A DNA stretch of 63,496 nt, filler included, from Stramenopiles sp. TOSAG23-2 (taxonomy: Eukaryota): NCBI GenBank assembly GCA_900128395.1. It is 21 parts of 21 records of this genome, joined end to end, with 100 filler letters (N's around TTAATTAATTAA, not from the genome) between each part and the next. Parts side by side here need not be neighbours in the genome. Positions count along the whole stretch, not along the records: positions 57,572 to 60,485 come from LT651466.1; positions 60,586 to 63,496 come from LT651467.1; 19 more parts are not named here. The stretch is one strand, 5' to 3'. The position numbers and the translations under genes were made by a program. Within the stretch, counting starts at the first letter, position 1; every line of letters starts with the position of its first letter. Below are positions 59,528-63,496 of the stretch, piece by piece. Under the pieces are notes generated by a model. The model searched no databases. It was not told the DNA's origin and saw only the letters and a program-made list of their open reading frames with translations.

Positions 59528-61110
59528 ATCGTTACCCGTCACGTATAACCTTAGAGATGTATAAAGATAAATAGAGACGATAAATTAACACTTAATTTAT
59601 CTTCTCTCTCCCGTTATTTTAAGATCAATAGCAGATGCTCCGCTTTGCAGAACGTTCCTTTACTTCGCTTGATCAGCAAGTGCGTCGCGAGATTGCGACA
59701 CTTCTCTTTGATCTTAAAACAACAATGATCAGCAGGTGCGGCGCAATGCGACACGTCCCTTTGATCCCTCAACAACAACGACTAGTAGAATATATATATA
59801 TATGTAAGAATATATATATATGTCCTTTACTATTATTAATACTACAATAATACAATATATATCACAAACTATATCTAACTAAAACCATAAAAACTCTATA
59901 TTTATAAAATGTAATGTATGTTCTAACATGTGTATGTATGTATATATATATATGCCTCTACACGTCTGTAGAAACGCATCTATTATCCATTCATACACAA
60001 TACTATGCACATACCATTACCAACTCTTACTCTCTCGTCACAGGGACTCCCTGCTCGTCAACTGTCAACTCTCTCTTGGCCACTAGCTCTACTCTCAATG
60101 CTATTCGCCTTACATCCCATTGATGTACCTGCTATCTTCACGTTATATCATCCAATCGACATAACCAGATCTATCAGGTCCCCGATCTTCTCATGAAAAA
60201 TGAATGAAAGTTTAATATGTTTGTTGTGAGAATATTAATATTGAATAAATCAAATTAAAATAGATTTCATTTTCAAGATATTATATAGTGGCACATTTTT
60301 ATATACAGTATCTATCAAATATTTATATCAACATTTAATAATACATTATCAATACCAAGGTATATCTTCTTTCATATCAACTTCCGTATTCTCGTGACCA
60401 CAGTCTTTTTGTTGTGATTGTAATAAATATTATTAATTATTTGTATATAATATTTAAACATATAATACAACAGCGTAATTATTATNNNNNNNNNNNNNNN
60501 NNNNNNNNNNNNNNNNNNNNNNNNNNNNNTTAATTAATTAANNNNNNNNNNNNNNNNNNNNNNNNNNNNNNNNNNNNNNNNNNNNTTTCCAAATATATGA
60601 AAAATAAAATTGGTATTTTAGAAAACGATATATATCTATTTCCCATAGTGAATGGCACAATGGTGTTATTTTGTTACTTTATTAAGTGTACATTTTTTGC
60701 ACGGTTAGTACATTTTTGACACGGTTTAGAGGGTAGCACTGTTTACGACCTCGTAGGTTGTGAATAGGGTTTTCTCACGCAGCGGGCCCCCTGCTATGCT
60801 ATTTCAATGCTACTTCAAACACAAAAACACAGCATTAAACACCCATCGAAACTCTGCTGCTGGTATAGATATTATTGGTGGGAAAATATGCTGATTTTGA
60901 TGATTTTGATGATGATTGAATTATTGATCAATATATATTATAATAGTCTGGATATATTCAAAAATAGAATAATAATATAGATAGTAGTGGTGTTGCAAAT
61001 ACAGATACAAGAGATATACAAAGGACGTACATATATATATACACCATATACAACCATATCATATCGCTTACAATCATATATATTATAGAACAATATATTA
61101 AAATAAAAAT

Positions 61111-63496
61111 ATGGCAGAAATAGATACGCAAGCGCAAGAGGAGGAAGCAAATTTGCGTATACAAGTGAAAAATTTTTTAACTGATGAAAATGGTGATTAT
61201 GTTGATAAAATACGTAGTTTAATTGATCAAAAATCGAAAAGGTTGCCTATTGATTTACATGATTTAAGGCATTATGATCAAGATTTAGCAGCTGATTTGC
61301 TTGACAGGCCGTTGGATTTTGTATTGCCATTTCAAGAAGTGCTCAGCGAAGTGATACAAACGATGATGGATCCAACAGAATTTCAAAAAGAAGTGGATTT
61401 AGATGGTGGTGCTTTAAATGAAATATATCAAGTTGGTTTTGAAGGTAGTTTTGGACCAAACCATGTCACACCTCGTGGTTTACGTGCAAGACTTATTAGC
61501 AAAATGGTATGCGTCGAAGGCATCGTAACCAAAGCTTCATTGGTACGCCCTAAAGTTGTAAAGAGTGTACACTATTGCAAAGAAACAAAAAATCAAGTAA
61601 AACGTGAATACCGTGATGCCATGTCGTTAAGTAAAGACGGGCCAACTACGTCGGTATATCCAACCAAAGACGAACATGGCAATCCATATCAAACTGAATA
61701 TGGATTATGCGTTTATAAGGATCATCAGACAGTAACGTTGCAAGAAATGCCAGAAAGTGCACCTATGGGACAATTGCCAAGATCCGTCGATGTCATCTTA
61801 GAAGGTGATTTAGTAGATCGTGTAAAACCAGGAGATCGTGTACGTATGATTGGTATTTATCGTGCATTAGCTGGTACATCGAGTGGACAAACATCTGGAA
61901 TATTTCGTACTGTTATTATAGGTAATAATGTATTGCAAATTGGTAAAGATGTTGGTGGCGTGATTATGACACCAAATGACATACAAAACATTCGCGCAGT
62001 TGCAAAAAGAAATAACGTGTTTAATTTATTATCACGTTCCTTGGCACCATCCATTTATGGCCATAGTTTTATTAAAAAAGCATTGTTATTGATGTTAATG
62101 GGTGGTGTGGAGAAAAATTTGGACAATGGTACACATTTAAGAGGTGATATTAATATTATGATGGTTGGAGATCCATCGACAGCGAAATCGCAATTATTAC
62201 GTTTTGTATTACGAATTGCACCATTGGCAATCAATACAACTGGTCGTGGTTCCAGTGGTGTTGGTTTGACAGCAGCCGTTACGTCTGATCCAGATACAGG
62301 GGAGAGAAGATTGGAAGCTGGTGCGATGGTACTTGCCGATAGAGGTGTTGTTTGTATTGATGAGTTTGATAAAATGAATGATGCAGATCGTGTAGCAATT
62401 CATGAAGTTATGGAACAACAAACCGTTACTATTGCAAAAGCTGGTATACATACATCGTTAAATGCGCGTTGCTCCGTCTTGGCTGCAGCTAATCCAATCT
62501 ATGGCGCGTACGACAGAACGTTAAGCGCACAAAGAAATGTATCATTGCCAGATTCATTATTATCACGTTTTGATTTATTATTTATTGTACTAGATACAAT
62601 GGATCCAACGATTGATCGTGCAATTTCCAACCATGTCATTCGCATGCATCGTTACCAACGTCCAGGCCAAGAAGGTATACCAATACCATTGAATGGCGGT
62701 GGGTTTAATACAAGCGTTTTACAAGATGATGATGCTGAAAACGATGATGGTGAAGAAAATACTCCAGTATATCAAAAAGTCAACCCATTGTTACATGGTG
62801 GGATTATTGAAGAGATTGAAGAAGAGGAAGCGCTTGAACGTCAATCATTGCAACGTGCACCAAGCCCAGGTGGTTCATCCTCGCAACGACGTATTGCTCA
62901 ATCTCAAAACGAAAAGTTAGTAACAGTTGAATTTGCAAAGAAATTTATACATTATGCAAAAAATCGTTTAAAACCAACATTAACGGATGATGCAAATGAA
63001 AGGATATCTGCTGCATATGCAGAAATGCGATCTGGTGCTGCTAGTAGCCAACGTACGTTACCGGTAACAGCTCGTGCATTGGAAACGATTATACGTCTAT
63101 CAAGCGCACATGCAAAAGTACGTCTAAGTCAAAAAGTGGAAGTTCAAGATGTTGATGAAGCATTGAAAATCATGAATTTTGCATTGAATAACAATGCAGA
63201 AGCAAGACCACATGGTAGTGAAGTACCTGTAAATCCGTATAATAACGATGTTAATAATAGTAATAATAATAATATGGATGTTGATAGTAGCAACTTTGAT
63301 GGAGGTAGCGATAATCCTGATAGTAACGTTAGTACAAATGCATCGAAAAAACGAGATGCAGTTTCTAGCAATAATAATAGTAATAATAATATGATGATGG
63401 GCGATAAAAATGATATGGGTGGCAATGCATCGAAACGGCAAAAGGTTAGCAGCACGGCGGCGACGACGACGACTACTACTACTACCACCACCACAT
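61111..63496 (+). CDS. MCM3: DNA replication licensing factor MCM3 (3' partial; absent from the ORF track because there is no stop in the window)
   Basis: My translation from ATG 61111: VGFEGSFGPNHVTPRGL, VCVEGIVTKASLVRPKVVKSVHYC, QEMPESAPMGQLPRSVDV, GGVEKNLDNGTHLRGDINIMMVGDPSTAKSQLLR, IDEFDKM, DSLLSRFD and PVTARALETIIRL. Confidence 0.97.
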   Translation, partial: MAEIDTQAQEEEANLRIQVKNFLTDENGDYVDKIRSLIDQKSKRLPIDLHDLRHYDQDLAADLLDRPLDFVLPFQEVLSEVIQTMMDPTEFQKEVDLDGGALNEIYQVGFEGSFGPNHVTPRGLRARLISKMVCVEGIVTKASLVRPKVVKSVHYCKETKNQVKREYRDAMSLSKDGPTTSVYPTKDEHGNPYQTEYGLCVYKDHQTVTLQEMPESAPMGQLPRSVDVILEGDLVDRVKPGDRVRMIGIYRALAGTSSGQTSGIFRTVIIGNNVLQIGKDVGGVIMTPNDIQNIRAVAKRNNVFNLLSRSLAPSIYGHSFIKKALLLMLMGGVEKNLDNGTHLRGDINIMMVGDPSTAKSQLLRFVLRIAPLAINTTGRGSSGVGLTAAVTSDPDTGERRLEAGAMVLADRGVVCIDEFDKMNDADRVAIHEVMEQQTVTIAKAGIHTSLNARCSVLAAANPIYGAYDRTLSAQRNVSLPDSLLSRFDLLFIVLDTMDPTIDRAISNHVIRMHRYQRPGQEGIPIPLNGGGFNTSVLQDDDAENDDGEENTPVYQKVNPLLHGGIIEEIEEEEALERQSLQRAPSPGGSSSQRRIAQSQNEKLVTVEFAKKFIHYAKNRLKPTLTDDANERISAAYAEMRSGAASSQRTLPVTARALETIIRLSSAHAKVRLSQKVEVQDVDEALKIMNFALNNNAEARPHGSEVPVNPYNNDVNNSNNNNMDVDSSNFDGGSDNPDSNVSTNASKKRDAVSSNNNSNNNMMMGDKNDMGGNASKRQKVSSTAATTTTTTTTTTT

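Noticed and set aside
59590-60140. Possible LTR or primer-binding site of the Gypsy element
   Set aside because: No second copy, TG...CA boundaries or clear tRNA-complementary PBS could be identified within the contig.
2945-60585. Regularly spaced identical TTAATTAATTAA units every ~3 kb, superficially like a repeat array
   Set aside because: Artificial six-frame-stop linkers embedded in N runs; contigs are simply sorted by length. ORFs ending in XXX-LIN are artefacts.
1-63496. Apparent clustering of DNA repair/replication genes (XPG, MCM3, MutS-like) or of kinases as a functional island
   Set aside because: They lie on different contigs joined arbitrarily; adjacency carries no information.
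4587-63496. Alternative nuclear genetic code
   Set aside because: Conserved genes translate fully with the standard code and end in TAA or TGA; in-frame stops are confined to decayed loci.
1-63496. tRNA, rRNA or snRNA genes
   Set aside because: I found no cloverleaf with T-loop GTTCRA or rRNA-like conserved segments by eye; tRNAscan-SE/Infernal would be needed to exclude them.

Overview
This is not one locus. It is 21 unrelated contigs of about 2.9 kb, sorted by decreasing length (2944 to 2911 nt) and joined by artificial 100-nt linkers (N44-TTAATTAATTAA-N44), so gene neighbourhoods mean something only within a contig. The source is an AT-rich, apparently intron-poor, poly-Asn-rich flagellated eukaryote. 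A heterotrophic protist, plausibly a stramenopile nanoflagellate SAG/MAG, is my inference only. Recognisable host genes: UBE2S, DNAI1, FIG4, SOD1, sacsin, GH3 beta-glucosidase (frameshifted), XPG/RAD2, CAMK-type kinase, PX-AGC kinase, BRX1, RAB3GAP2, MCM3 (missing from the ORF track), a CID/RPRD protein, a CCCH protein and an RlmM/FtsJ-like methyltransferase. The most interesting pieces are five: (1) a virus-like cassette at 15213-18151 whose genes share an upstream GGGACAARGT motif (SSB-like ORF, stand-alone MutS-I domain, casein kinase 1 fragment, divergent RPB12, TIR element); (2) a decaying multi-glycosyltransferase polyprotein of giant-virus style at 30388-32776; (3) a protein fusing perilipin-like 22-aa repeats to a phage/cyanobacterial-type M23-like domain at 53428-54457; (4) a Ty3/Gypsy pol remnant whose frame opens right after a TGA-CTAG readthrough-type stop; (5) two recurrent palindrome-like non-coding motifs (TACCWGGTA near gene starts, TACTCGTA after gene ends) and a dispersed repeat family. 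All family assignments are from motif recognition by eye; no database search was run.
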